From IMG/VR virus record IMGVR_UViG_3300037512_001279, positions 32,001 to 96,000 of that record: 64,000 nt of DNA. The stretch is one strand, 5' to 3'. Shown piece by piece: positions 20,138 to 31,030 of this stretch. Below the pieces are notes generated by a model. The model had not been told where the DNA came from. It made no database searches and was given only the letters and a program-made list of their open reading frames with translations. The DNA is from a virus. Taxonomy: Duplodnaviria > Caudoviricetes. Positions within the stretch are counted from its first letter, which is position 1; every line of letters starts with the position of its first letter. A program made the position numbers and the translations under genes.

Positions 20138-20941
20138 ATGGACGTATTTGGAAAAGACGCCTTAATAGGCGATTATAGATTGTCTGATCATGGATTAACG
20201 CTCTGTACTTTTAACTATGAGGATAATTATGATTTAGGCGTTACTCACAACACGGAAGAAGCATTTTTGGGCAGGAATCCAGTTCCGGTATATCTTGGTT
20301 CTAAATATTCATCCAAGCTCATGCCTACTTTCACTGTTATGCAAAAGGAATGTGTTACGGGAAGAAGAAACTTTACCGTCAACGAGATAAGGGAAATTCT
20401 TGGTCGTCTCACTGGATATCAGGGATACAAGAAGTTTTATCTTTATAAGGATGAAGTTCTTGAGAACATGTACTATAACGTACACGTCATAGACGCAAGT
20501 TTTGAAAAGGCTGGCGAAGACATCGTAGCAATCACGTTCAGTGCAGAATGTGACTCGCAGTTCGCCTGGGTTGACGAAAGCATTACTTATGAAAACGGTT
20601 CTATTGAAGAAACAATAAGGCTGCAGGTTAACTCTGACGACAAATATAACTATCTCCTTCCTACTGTGGTAATCACTCCAGATTGTGGCATTAACAGTTT
20701 TTCGATTATTAACGTTACTGATAACAACAGAGAGGTTGTAATTGACAACGTAAGTTCAGGTGAGGTCATCACCATGGACAGCAAACACAATATTATAACA
20801 AGTACAATTCCAAGGAATTTTTCTGAGGATTTTAACTATAAATTCATAAGGCTGCTTTCAGGAGAAAATGAGCTTCAGATAAGCGGGCCTTGTTCCATAA
20901 CTTTTAACATGAGTCTTCCAAGAAAGGTGGGCGTTCTGTAA
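20138..20941 (+). CDS. Distal tail protein (Dit)
   Basis: First gene after TMP, 267 aa, ...FIRLLSGENEL.ISG.. C-terminal motif typical of Dit. Confidence 0.75.
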   Translation: MDVFGKDALIGDYRLSDHGLTLCTFNYEDNYDLGVTHNTEEAFLGRNPVPVYLGSKYSSKLMPTFTVMQKECVTGRRNFTVNEIREILGRLTGYQGYKKFYLYKDEVLENMYYNVHVIDASFEKAGEDIVAITFSAECDSQFAWVDESITYENGSIEETIRLQVNSDDKYNYLLPTVVITPDCGINSFSIINVTDNNREVVIDNVSSGEVITMDSKHNIITSTIPRNFSEDFNYKFIRLLSGENELQISGPCSITFNMSLPRKVGVL

Positions 20942-23900
20942 ATGATTTTCAATAGAGATTTTTTCGAACAAATGGAAATTCCCGCCTTCAATTTGTGCAA
21001 GGCAAACGGGGAATATCTAGGAACAATAGAATGCATAGACCAAAAGACTTTGGTTATTGACGAATTAAATGAGATACAGTTTAAGACTCCAAAATACTTC
21101 GATGATTACGTTAATCCGTTGTATGACATGATTACGGAAATGAAGTACGTCAATCTTCCTGGAATGTTTAACTTTGTGATTACGTCGGTTGAGGAAGACG
21201 ACGATGGAGTGAATCCCATTAAAAGCGTTACGGCAAAAAGCGTTGAAGCAAATCTGGGACAGAGATATCTTGAGGAATTCTACGTAAACACTGGCGAGGA
21301 TTTTGCAGTCAACAACGTGTGCCTGTACGATCCGGCACATCCTGAGAGAAGCTTGTTAAATCTAGTGTTGGACGAGAAATGTCCTGATTGGAGCGTTGCA
21401 TACGTAGATGCCGACATCATGGGAAAACAAAGGTACTTTGAGGTAGAAAGACAGGACATATACGGATTTTTAACGGGAGAACTTGCTGAAGCTTTTGACG
21501 CGGTGGTTCTGTTTGACAGTAATAATTATACAATATCAGTTTACAAGGAAGAGAATTACGGCAGCGACACGAACGTGTTTATCAGTTATGATAACCTTCT
21601 TCAGAATGCGGCACTAACCTCTTCTTCCGATGACATTAAAACCTGCATGACGGTCATGGGTGCGGAGGACTTAAACCTTCGTGAGGTTAACATGGGGTCT
21701 GACAGGATTTACATGTTGGATTATTATGCCACTCCAGAATTCATGAGTGAGGATTGTTGTGACGCTTATGCGGCTTGGAAGAGCTTAATTGACGAGAATA
21801 AGCCGATTTACGCAGGATACGTTAACGAATGCATTAACCTGTATGACGAGATTAACTATCTCACAAACGAAAAGATGCCACTAGGTGGTGAAAACCTGAT
21901 CCACGTTGACAACTCTACGGCAACGATTAACGGCGTAACATTTACGGTTAACTCAACTGACGGTACGATCAGCGTTAACGGAACTGCATCAGAGGAAACC
22001 GAGTTCATCATAACCGACAATCTTGCGAGTTATCTTACAGAGGAAACCATATACAGATTTATTGGATGTCCACTGCAAGACCTTGATAACGTTGAGTTTT
22101 ACATGCAGTGGTATAACAAGGACGATCCTTCCAGTAAGCTAAAGCGCAACTCAATAGATGACGGCAGCGGAAACCAAATGCTGTACGAAGCTGGCGTTAA
22201 CAGGCTGTCAATATTTGTCAAGAGTGGCAAAACGGTTACAAACAAAGTGTTTGAGCCAAACATATATTTACCTGATTCAAAGAATACGGATTGGACGAAG
22301 TACGGTCTTGTGCCGTTGCAGGAACAACTTGCTTCTTACGAGGCACAGCAGGCGGTCATGGCAAAGGCAGGTCAGGGCAACCCTGACAATCCTGATTACG
22401 AGACAATGTACTTGCCGTGTTGCAATACGATTGACGACATTAAGGAACAGATTGTTGTAGTACAGGCGCAGCTTGACGCACTGTATCATCAGCTCGACGT
22501 CATTCAGGAAAACATGTATCTTATATACGTCGAGTGCGCAATGAACAATAACTTTACCGAAGAGCAGATCATTGAACTTTCAAAGTTTATCAGGGAAGAA
22601 AGCATCAACTCTGATAACTACGTCATTACTGACGAGATGACTGACGCGGAAAGAATTGAAATGCTTGAAGACATGCTTGAGTATGGCGAGGAAGAACTGA
22701 GGAAGGTTTCACAGCCTCAAATTCAATTTACTACCGACATTGTTAATCTGTTTAACATCAAGGAATTTGACGCGGTGTCTGCAGACTTTAATCGCGGCAA
22801 CTTCATACACATAATACTAAGGGATGATTACGTCGTAAAGGCAAGACTTGTTAGCATGTCGTTTGATTTTTATGATCTTGGCAAGATTACCGTAACGTTC
22901 AGCAACGTAAACAAAACCGTTGGAAAGACGCTGTTCACGGACATTTCCAAGGCAATTAACACATCCTCTTCCGTCTCAACAACCGTATCCGTAAAGAGCA
23001 GTTATTGGAACGAGGCGAACAGGGAAGCAACTGAACTGAACTCGGTAATTGACAGTGGTTATTTGTCTGCAAATAAGGCAATACAGACTTCAAGCGCAGA
23101 CGTTAAGATAGATGATAACGGTATTCTTCTTACAAGTACAGATCCTGAATATCCTAATGACCGCGTACTTATTGGCGGTTCAAGGATACTGTTTAGTGAC
23201 GACGACCTCAAGACCGTAAAAGAAGCAATTGGTCGCGTTAAGTACACCACTTCTGACGGCGTTGAGCATGACGAATTCGGCGTATTGGCGCAGTTCATGC
23301 TTGCAGGATACATCAACGGTGCGACGATTGATGCAGGAACAATTAACGTTGGCGGTCAGGAAGACGGAAAGATTATCATTTATGACGCTAACGGCAGTCA
23401 GATTGGATGCTGGGACAAGGATGGAATCGTGTTACCGCCTAACGTAACGCTTACGTGGGATAACATTGCGGGTAATGAAATCCTTGGAAGGGCCGTCAGG
23501 GTATACCTTGACCAATACAACAATACTTCTGACATATCTGCAGGACTTGCAATGACGAGTCATTATAACTTTGGCAATAACTATGATTACCAACAACTTC
23601 AAATGGCTACGAGTGGATTTGTAGCAACGTCAAGGAAAGACGTAAGCACCTCTTCCACTCCTTCAACGCAAACGGATTACAAGTATTATCAAATAAATAT
23701 TGGCAAGATTAGCGGAACTCCCGTGAACTTTAGCATCGTTACGAGAACGGGATACGTCGAGAACGCATATAAATACGTCGCAGATCCTGACGACAATGAG
23801 TCAGACAGACAAAGAAAACACGCGGCTGAAATACTGCATACGCATTACAACAATGACACGAAGACCGTATTTAAGATAAGTGAAGACGGGCAGATCTATT

Positions 23901-24370
23901 CATACGATGCAAGCGGAAATTACGTTTCTTTGGGTAACGGCAAAGCGTACTTATTTACAAACGGTGCGGAAGCAATACCGTATTTCTACGGATTTGACAA
24001 CGGCGGCATGAACGTTGGAATAGGTACTGCGGGATTATTCCACGCTACCAAGGAACTTACGTGCGGAGACAAGATAAGTCAGATAGTTCAAACGGAAAAC
24101 CATGGCGACGTAAAGATGAAAGCCGTTGGATCGCAAAGCGCATCATTCCAATACTGTGGCTCTTCCGCAATAACTTCAGGCGGTTCGGTAACGGTTAACT
24201 TTGACGCGACGTTCGAGGAAACTGTTGACTTATCACAGCCGTATCAGGTATTTATTACTAATACCTCTTCTACTCTTACGACCTACGTTGAAAAGAATTT
24301 TGACTCAATTGTCGTACACGGAAGTAACGGTGCGACTTTTGATTACATGATAGTAGCAAAACAAAAATAA
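20942..24370 (+). CDS. Tail-associated Tal/baseplate hub protein with inserted putative carbohydrate-binding module
   Basis: Follows Dit; 1142 aa; NGVTFTVNSTDGTISVNGTA module; coiled coil. Confidence 0.7.
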   Translation: MIFNRDFFEQMEIPAFNLCKANGEYLGTIECIDQKTLVIDELNEIQFKTPKYFDDYVNPLYDMITEMKYVNLPGMFNFVITSVEEDDDGVNPIKSVTAKSVEANLGQRYLEEFYVNTGEDFAVNNVCLYDPAHPERSLLNLVLDEKCPDWSVAYVDADIMGKQRYFEVERQDIYGFLTGELAEAFDAVVLFDSNNYTISVYKEENYGSDTNVFISYDNLLQNAALTSSSDDIKTCMTVMGAEDLNLREVNMGSDRIYMLDYYATPEFMSEDCCDAYAAWKSLIDENKPIYAGYVNECINLYDEINYLTNEKMPLGGENLIHVDNSTATINGVTFTVNSTDGTISVNGTASEETEFIITDNLASYLTEETIYRFIGCPLQDLDNVEFYMQWYNKDDPSSKLKRNSIDDGSGNQMLYEAGVNRLSIFVKSGKTVTNKVFEPNIYLPDSKNTDWTKYGLVPLQEQLASYEAQQAVMAKAGQGNPDNPDYETMYLPCCNTIDDIKEQIVVVQAQLDALYHQLDVIQENMYLIYVECAMNNNFTEEQIIELSKFIREESINSDNYVITDEMTDAERIEMLEDMLEYGEEELRKVSQPQIQFTTDIVNLFNIKEFDAVSADFNRGNFIHIILRDDYVVKARLVSMSFDFYDLGKITVTFSNVNKTVGKTLFTDISKAINTSSSVSTTVSVKSSYWNEANREATELNSVIDSGYLSANKAIQTSSADVKIDDNGILLTSTDPEYPNDRVLIGGSRILFSDDDLKTVKEAIGRVKYTTSDGVEHDEFGVLAQFMLAGYINGATIDAGTINVGGQEDGKIIIYDANGSQIGCWDKDGIVLPPNVTLTWDNIAGNEILGRAVRVYLDQYNNTSDISAGLAMTSHYNFGNNYDYQQLQMATSGFVATSRKDVSTSSTPSTQTDYKYYQINIGKISGTPVNFSIVTRTGYVENAYKYVADPDDNESDRQRKHAAEILHTHYNNDTKTVFKISEDGQIYSYDASGNYVSLGNGKAYLFTNGAEAIPYFYGFDNGGMNVGIGTAGLFHATKELTCGDKISQIVQTENHGDVKMKAVGSQSASFQYCGSSAITSGGSVTVNFDATFEETVDLSQPYQVFITNTSSTLTTYVEKNFDSIVVHGSNGATFDYMIVAKQK

Positions 24371-24386
24371 AGGGAGGATTTAGAAA

Positions 24387-25430
24387 GTGACGTTAGAAAG
24401 CATTAAGAATATAACCGTCGACTTGTCAAACTCCGGTACTTACAACGACAAAGTCACGGCAATGAGAGGTGATAACGGAACAAGATACGTGTACGTTACC
24501 GTCTTAAATAATGGTCACGAAGTTGATCTGTCAAATACGTATCCAGTCCTCCGTGGAACTAAAAGTGACGGGACGACTGTATTTAATCAGTGTACGATTG
24601 AAGACGGCATGGTTATTGTGGAACTTACTTCACAAATACTTGCGGCACCAGGCATTGGTCAGTTTGAAATCGCACTGTATGAACTTGTTCCTGTTGAAGG
24701 AGAGCCTGCAGGCAAAATCATTGCGGCGTTTCCTTTTCAAATAAGCGTTGTTGATTCTTCTTTTGACGCGGTAAACATCGTTTCTTCAGACGAATATACC
24801 GTTCTTGCGGAAGCAATGGAGAACATTCCTTCCATAGCGTCTGTGCAGGAGTTTGAGGACATGGTAACAGACCTTGAAGACAGAATTGACACGCAGATAG
24901 GTAATTACACTATAGGCGTTAGCGTACCTGCAAATGCCGTATTTACTGACACGACTTACGGTAATGCAACTTCGTCTGCAGATGGTCTGATGAGCAAGGA
25001 GAATTATTCCAAACTTACGGGCGTTGAGACAGGCGCTGAAGCAAACCAAAATGCATACTCAATAGTTGTTGCTGGGAGCACTCAGATTGTATCTTCCGCT
25101 AAAACGGACACGCTTACAATTTCAGGAACAAACGTTACGATCACTGGCAACGCATCAACTAAAGAAATTGGCATTGGTATTAACGGAGCAAACGTAACTG
25201 ACGCTCTTGGTTACACTCCCGCTTCTCTTGATCAGACTGGCAAGATTCCTACATCTGAACTGCCAAGCGGAATAGGCAGCATTGTTACGGCTTCGGAAAC
25301 AAACGGTAACATTGTCGTGGATGGTAATGAAATGACCGTATATGACTATGACGATGACACGGCTCTTAAGAATTACATATCAACTCAGATTAATACTGCA
25401 GTTGTTGCCGCCATCAACGGCACTTATTAA
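24387..25430 (+). CDS. BppU-like upper baseplate / fibre adaptor protein
   Basis: AMRGDNGTRYVYVTV...GTKSDGT N-terminal domain; ATSSADGLMSKE..SKL.G.E.GA fibre motif. Confidence 0.7.
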   Translation: MTLESIKNITVDLSNSGTYNDKVTAMRGDNGTRYVYVTVLNNGHEVDLSNTYPVLRGTKSDGTTVFNQCTIEDGMVIVELTSQILAAPGIGQFEIALYELVPVEGEPAGKIIAAFPFQISVVDSSFDAVNIVSSDEYTVLAEAMENIPSIASVQEFEDMVTDLEDRIDTQIGNYTIGVSVPANAVFTDTTYGNATSSADGLMSKENYSKLTGVETGAEANQNAYSIVVAGSTQIVSSAKTDTLTISGTNVTITGNASTKEIGIGINGANVTDALGYTPASLDQTGKIPTSELPSGIGSIVTASETNGNIVVDGNEMTVYDYDDDTALKNYISTQINTAVVAAINGTY

Positions 25431-25442
25431 GGGGGTGTTGTT

Positions 25443-26021
25443 ATGGCTAAAACAGATAATTTAAGTGATTTTTTAACGGACGTTGCGAATGCAATAAGGA
25501 CTAAGAAGGGAACGGTTGCAGACATTGACGCTCAGGATTTTTACGATGAGATTTTAAGCATACCAAGTGGCGGAAGTTCAGAATACGGTGTTGACGAATT
25601 AAGTTCTCCTATCAGCGCTACGTCAGGTACGTCAGCAGTACACTATGAGGGCGACACTCCTGCCCCTGCAAGCAACACCGTAACAATACCGTTTACGGCA
25701 AGTTTGGACAATTGTGACTATCTGTACTTTTGTTACAACGGTCTTGACGGCGGGAGCGGTCACACTAGCGGCGTACATTACGGAACGAGTTATGCAAAGC
25801 TGATCATTAACAGTACGGAATACATACTTTATGATTACAGCTCTCAGCAGAGTTACCCAAGCGATCATGTTGAGATAGTTAAGAAGATAAACGTTACTTC
25901 CATCACGGGAGTGCCTACGATTCAACTTTATCTGTATGCATCGTCTTCATCTTCTTCACCTCATTACTGGGCTAACGCCGATGTGAACGTTAAGCACATA
26001 TATGTTCATGCAATTACATAG
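25443..26021 (+). CDS. Putative tail fibre/receptor-binding protein
   Basis: LTDVANAIRTKKG N-terminal motif common in Firmicute phage fibre proteins. Confidence 0.55.
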   Translation: MAKTDNLSDFLTDVANAIRTKKGTVADIDAQDFYDEILSIPSGGSSEYGVDELSSPISATSGTSAVHYEGDTPAPASNTVTIPFTASLDNCDYLYFCYNGLDGGSGHTSGVHYGTSYAKLIINSTEYILYDYSSQQSYPSDHVEIVKKINVTSITGVPTIQLYLYASSSSSSPHYWANADVNVKHIYVHAIT

Positions 26022-26077
26022 AGTTTCTAAGCCTGTGTTACGCGGGCTTTTATATATTTAAAAGGAGGAAATTTATA

Positions 26078-26290
26078 ATGGTTAAATTGAAAAGTATAAG
26101 CAGTGGTACTCTTCAAGCTCCTAACTGCGTGACTGCAAAACTTTTTGCGGATCAGAAATCCGAAGTAACCGCAGGCATGACGATCGTTGGACTTCCTGTA
26201 GGATGTACTTTAGACATTGGAAGCAGCGTAATGACGGCTGCAGGAGACATTGCATTCCTTAAATCTGACGGAACATGGAATTGGGTGTAA
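26078..26290 (+). CDS. Small hypothetical tail-associated protein
   Basis: RBS AAGGAGG; ends ...LKSDGTWNWV. Confidence 0.6.
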   Translation: MVKLKSISSGTLQAPNCVTAKLFADQKSEVTAGMTIVGLPVGCTLDIGSSVMTAAGDIAFLKSDGTWNWV

Positions 26291-26302
26291 GGAGGTGTTT
26301 AC

Positions 26303-28687
26303 ATGGCAAATAATAACATGGGCTTGAGCGGTGAAGAAGCTCTTGCCATTGCGATAAAGAAATCTAATTCATATACAGATCAAGAGATTTCAAAAGTCAG
26401 AACCAAATTTCAGGTAGTTGCTTCTTATTCAGACCTTCCTGACCCTGGAAGAACTGATACGATTTATTTGGTTCCGCAGTCAGGGCATCCTGGCGTATAT
26501 GACCAATATATTTACGAAAACAACCAATACGTTGACATTGGAGATACCGAGCTTGATTTAGCTGAGTATGCTACCGACGAAGAACTTCAGCAAGGTTTGG
26601 CGCTTAAAGTCGACAAAGTTCAAGGAAAAGGACTCTCCACAGAAGATTATACTACCGTAGAAAAGACGAAACTTTCCGGAATTGAAGACGGCGCTACTAA
26701 TACTGTTGTAGACAGCGCACTCTCCACTTCTAGCGAGAATCCTGTTCAAAATAAAGTTGTAACAACAGAAATTAACGCAATCAACGCTACTTTGGCTAAC
26801 AAGGCCAATACGAGCGGATATTATGAAGATTTTGTTGCAGGAAATGCCGAGCAGCTTTTGTCTAGCGTAAACGAACAAGACAGTACGCCGTATTTATTTA
26901 GAACAACTGGCGGTTCCATTGATGTTGGAAATCGTGAGACTAACACAATCGTTGGCGGCACTATCGCGTGGAATCAACTTGTGCCTGCAATAACGTCCGG
27001 AGAAATATACAATAATAATGGTATTACTTGTTATTCAAATGGTGATGGAAGTTTTACGCTAAATGGAAAAGCAACAACAACGTCTAATTTTGTTTTAGTT
27101 AATGAATTTATGACTCCAATTGATCATATTTTTTATGTTTGCGGATATGTTAAAGACAGTGCAAATACTGCAAGTGCCTTAAGTTTTCGCGGCACTAAGG
27201 TTGATTATGGAAATGGTGCGATATGGAAAAATACTTCGGCATATTCAAGCATGAACGTTAGATTAGACTATATTATAAATGCAACTTACTCGAATACAAT
27301 TATTAAACCGCAAGTATTTGACCTCACGCAAATGTTCGGGCCAACCATTGCAGATTATCTGAATACATTGGAGTCTGGCACACCAGGTGCTGGGATTGCG
27401 AAACTGAAATTGTGGGGACTCTGCACAAAGTCGTATTATGCATATAATGCTGGAGAGCTTTTGTCAGTTAAGACTAGTGCTCATAAGATGGTTGGATTTA
27501 ATCAGTGGGATGAAGAATGGGAAATTGGCAGCATTGATCCTGCAAATGGTTCAAATACAGTAACAACAAATACAATTCGTTCTAAAAATTATATTCCAGT
27601 AATTGAAGGATTGATTTATTATATTAATTCACCATCGAATAATAATGGCATATATCAGTTGTATTTATATGATGAGAATAAAAACTATATAGGTCTTAAA
27701 GATTTTAATTCTATTACTAACAAATTATATACAATACCATCTGGTTGTCATTATTTAAGATTTAGAACTTATGCTTCTTATGGAACAACATATAACAATG
27801 ATATTTGTATTAACATTTCTTGGGATGGTGAGAAGGATGGAAACTATGAATCTTACGTTGAGTATGAATATCCGTTAGATTCAGACCTTGAACTCAGAGG
27901 TATTCCTAAATTAGATGTAGATGACAGACTCTATTATGACGGGGACACTTATGAGAGTGACGGAACGGTGACAAGAAAATATGAGATTGTTGATCTTGGG
28001 ACGCTAACGTGGACAAGAACAGGAACTGGATTGTTTAACACGGAATCGTTAAAAAATGAAATAAGAAAACCGTCAACAAGTCTAACCGTGGCAACATGGA
28101 TCATTAGCCCAATTTATACTGCCATGAATAGCAATGACATAAGCGGGCCTAACGGGGCAAATCCGTCACCAGATAAAGTAATGGCAGTAAATCCGCAAGG
28201 AGCCATGTATTTTAACAACGTTGCATATACGGATGCAGCAACGTTTAAGACTGCAATGAGCGGTGTTTACCTTGTTTATGGATTGGCAACGGAAACCACA
28301 GAATCCGCAGATCCATTTACTAATCCACAAATTTGTGATGATTTTGGTACTGAGGAATACATTGATACTAGAACTATTCCGATTCCTGTAGGTCACATTA
28401 CTGAATATACACAGAATCTGAAAGCAAAACTTGAAATGGCGCCTGATAGTCCTGATTCAAATGGTGATTACATATTGAGGCATCAGAACGGAGTTAACGT
28501 ATACGTACCTCACACTGGCGGTGGCAGTTCGTTACCAGAAACTCCGCAGAACGATGGTGAGTATTATCTTAAAAACACCGTTTCAAGTGGATCGCCAACA
28601 TTAAGTTGGGACGGCGACATACTTGCGTCGCTTGGACTCAGCATCGTTAACGGTGAACTGTGCGTGACGTACAGTGAAAATGAATAA
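26303..28687 (+). CDS. Tail fibre / receptor-binding protein
   Basis: KVDKVQGKGLSTEDYT and VDSALSTSSENPVQNKV fibre motifs; mosaic beta-rich domains. Confidence 0.7.
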   Translation: MANNNMGLSGEEALAIAIKKSNSYTDQEISKVRTKFQVVASYSDLPDPGRTDTIYLVPQSGHPGVYDQYIYENNQYVDIGDTELDLAEYATDEELQQGLALKVDKVQGKGLSTEDYTTVEKTKLSGIEDGATNTVVDSALSTSSENPVQNKVVTTEINAINATLANKANTSGYYEDFVAGNAEQLLSSVNEQDSTPYLFRTTGGSIDVGNRETNTIVGGTIAWNQLVPAITSGEIYNNNGITCYSNGDGSFTLNGKATTTSNFVLVNEFMTPIDHIFYVCGYVKDSANTASALSFRGTKVDYGNGAIWKNTSAYSSMNVRLDYIINATYSNTIIKPQVFDLTQMFGPTIADYLNTLESGTPGAGIAKLKLWGLCTKSYYAYNAGELLSVKTSAHKMVGFNQWDEEWEIGSIDPANGSNTVTTNTIRSKNYIPVIEGLIYYINSPSNNNGIYQLYLYDENKNYIGLKDFNSITNKLYTIPSGCHYLRFRTYASYGTTYNNDICINISWDGEKDGNYESYVEYEYPLDSDLELRGIPKLDVDDRLYYDGDTYESDGTVTRKYEIVDLGTLTWTRTGTGLFNTESLKNEIRKPSTSLTVATWIISPIYTAMNSNDISGPNGANPSPDKVMAVNPQGAMYFNNVAYTDAATFKTAMSGVYLVYGLATETTESADPFTNPQICDDFGTEEYIDTRTIPIPVGHITEYTQNLKAKLEMAPDSPDSNGDYILRHQNGVNVYVPHTGGGSSLPETPQNDGEYYLKNTVSSGSPTLSWDGDILASLGLSIVNGELCVTYSENE

Positions 28688-28704
28688 GGGAAGGAGAAAT
28701 AAAA

Positions 28705-30300
28705 ATGTCAAATATAACAAAGCCCATGGTGCTGAACGAAACCGTTCAGGCACTAAATGGAAAACTTGATACAATGAATGCGTTTTTGGAGAGCATCGCT
28801 ACTAGCTTAGAGCCTTCTCCTACTCCTACTCCATCTGTCGGTGGGGCAGAAAAAGACGTAAATTTCTACGATTACGATGGTACTTTGGTTACATCTTATA
28901 CGGCTGAAGAATTTCTGGAGTTAAGTGAAATGCCTACTAATCCTACACATAATGGTCTTACAGCACAGGGATGGAACTGGACTTTAGAAGACGCACAGAG
29001 TTATGTAGAAGATAATGGAATGCTGGACATTGGCCAAAACTATGTAACAAGCGATGGAAAAACTAGAATTTATATTCATTTGGATGCCGGAAGACTATCT
29101 ATTCAATTAAATTTTAAGGTTCATGGCACGTGTGTTATTGATTGGGGCGATGAGCGTTCTGATTCAGTAACAAATGATGAAGGTAGTTATTATTATCCTT
29201 GCAGCGTAAATTCTACTCATGTATATGAATCTGCTGGCGATTATGTCATTACACTAGACGTTACCAATGCCAACTGTATAGCGTTTGGTGACGATGATGA
29301 TCACGAATATGCCATAATTTCTAAATGGGATGATAATGAGTATAATAGAGAAACATCAAATGCGAACTGGGGATTTTGTAATTCCATTAAGAAAATAGAA
29401 TTAGGCTCTAAGTATTATGAATTATTGGATTATGCGTTTATTGGATGCAGGAGTATGGAAAGCATAACAATTCCTAATACTGTGTATGATGCTGGCTACA
29501 GTAGTCCTTTTGATTTTTGCTATAATTTGAAATGCGTTGTAATTCCAGACGCTGTTCCGTTTGAGGATTGGAGCGAAGGTGGCGCAGAACCGGTAATATA
29601 TAACTATAAAACAACAAATATTGATTTTGAACTGTGCGATTGTCGGTCATTAAAATATTTACTACTTCCTAAAAGCGTAACATCTATTAACTTGGAGTCT
29701 TCTACTACATCTATTGAAAAAGTTATATTGCCTCCTGATATAGAAGAGTTTAGCTATTCAACAGATGATTATGTAGCAAGTCAATTAAAAACAGTTATTA
29801 TTCCGGAGGGTGTTGAAATTATTCCACAAGAAGCATTTTATGGCTGCGGTAAACTTTCGCATGTAAAAATACCAAGCACTCTAACGAGTATTTATGATGC
29901 TGCTTTTTGTGCTTGCCAATCATTATCCTCTATAGAATTGCCAGAAACAATATCATATATAGGTGAATATGCTTTTATGTCGTCTGGAATAGAATCCTTT
30001 ACTATTCCGCCTTTAGTAACTTATATAAGTTCTGGGACATTTAGTTACTGTGATATATTAACAACTATCAACATACATGAAAACGTGACAACTATAGATA
30101 CGCAAGCATTTAATTATTGTCATAGCCTTGGCGGTATTATATTTGCTGGTGATACTCCTCCGACAGTAGATAGTAGTGATACTTTTGATGAACTTCCGAC
30201 AGATTGTGTGCTTCATGTCCCAAATAATTCGTATACGTATGCCGAGAATTATCCAGACCCAAGCGTATATGTGTATGATTATTCTATAAATCCAAAGTAA
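28705..30300 (+). CDS. BspA-type leucine-rich-repeat protein with PKD-like N-terminal region
   Basis: Repeats of L..V.IP..V..I...AF..C..L; IDWGD...HVY...GDY.I. Confidence 0.8.
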   Translation: MSNITKPMVLNETVQALNGKLDTMNAFLESIATSLEPSPTPTPSVGGAEKDVNFYDYDGTLVTSYTAEEFLELSEMPTNPTHNGLTAQGWNWTLEDAQSYVEDNGMLDIGQNYVTSDGKTRIYIHLDAGRLSIQLNFKVHGTCVIDWGDERSDSVTNDEGSYYYPCSVNSTHVYESAGDYVITLDVTNANCIAFGDDDDHEYAIISKWDDNEYNRETSNANWGFCNSIKKIELGSKYYELLDYAFIGCRSMESITIPNTVYDAGYSSPFDFCYNLKCVVIPDAVPFEDWSEGGAEPVIYNYKTTNIDFELCDCRSLKYLLLPKSVTSINLESSTTSIEKVILPPDIEEFSYSTDDYVASQLKTVIIPEGVEIIPQEAFYGCGKLSHVKIPSTLTSIYDAAFCACQSLSSIELPETISYIGEYAFMSSGIESFTIPPLVTYISSGTFSYCDILTTINIHENVTTIDTQAFNYCHSLGGIIFAGDTPPTVDSSDTFDELPTDCVLHVPNNSYTYAENYPDPSVYVYDYSINPK

Positions 30301-30325
30301 ACTAAGTAAAAGGAGGACATGAAAA

Positions 30326-30490
30326 ATGGATAATAAAGAAAAAACACCTTATTCTTCTATGACTTTCAAAGAGCGCATTGAAGCTATTAGAAAACAAAGG
30401 AAAGAACGCATTGAAGATTCTGCAAAAAAGCGCCATGAAGAAATAATGGCAGAAATTAAAAAGCGTCGCGAAGAGAGGGAAAAGAAATAG
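30326..30490 (+). CDS. Small highly charged helical protein (54 aa; not in the ORF track)
   Basis: AGGAGG at 30311-16; MDNKEKTPYSSMTFKERIEAIRKQRKE... Confidence 0.55.
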   Translation: MDNKEKTPYSSMTFKERIEAIRKQRKERIEDSAKKRHEEIMAEIKKRREEREKK

Positions 30491-30806
30491 GCTTCTGCTC
30501 TTCCATTTTGCTCAAATTTCAATCTAAAACGAATTTTACGAATACTTTTATGCCCGTAAATTAAAAATCGATTTAAGGGGCAAATACGCAATCATGTGGG
30601 GAATGGCTTCGGCTGTTCCCCATTTTTTACTTTTGAATTGTATACACCGTACGTAAAAAGTGCAATCCTGCAAAAGCAAAAAAACGGAGCAGGCGACCAA
30701 ACCTACTCCGTGACGTAAACTTATTAAGCGACATATCCTTTCATAATATTTTATGTGGATATTTTGTAAAATCTTTAATTTTTTAACCATGACAATTTTT
30801 GATTAA

Positions 30807-31012
30807 GTGATTACAAAGTGATTACAACTCTGTTTTTGAGGAAACTATTTTAATTTAATATACTTGAGAATTATTATTTTTATTGAAGTTTTCAGAAACC
30901 GAAACAATAAAAAAATAGCGAAGGGGGGACTCGAACCATTGTCTTTTGAGCTTTTTTGAACTAGAAAACTAGCCGTATTTTCTCACTTTTTGGTGATTAC
31001 AACTGATTACAA
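30807..31012. other. Putative attP: tRNA 3'-end core flanked by arm-type repeats
   Basis: Minus strand 30937-30916 reads GGTTCGAGTCCCCCCTTCGCTA (tRNA T-arm plus acceptor 3' strand); tandem (G/C)TGATTACAA pairs at 30807/30818 and 30993/31003; directly downstream of the integrase. Confidence 0.8.
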
Positions 31013-31030
31013 CCGCATAAAATAAGGACT

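Noticed and set aside
24387-30300. Diversity-generating retroelement acting on fibre genes
   Set aside because: No reverse transcriptase or TR/VR repeat pair was seen in this window.
8594-30790. Many antisense or nested ORFs from the six-frame track overlapping long structural genes (and the + strand equivalents across 31-62 kb)
   Set aside because: These are shadow ORFs with no RBS or motifs. Only the intron cargo genes have independent expression signals.
30916-30937. tRNA gene
   Set aside because: Only the T-arm and acceptor 3' strand are present, so it is interpreted as an att core.
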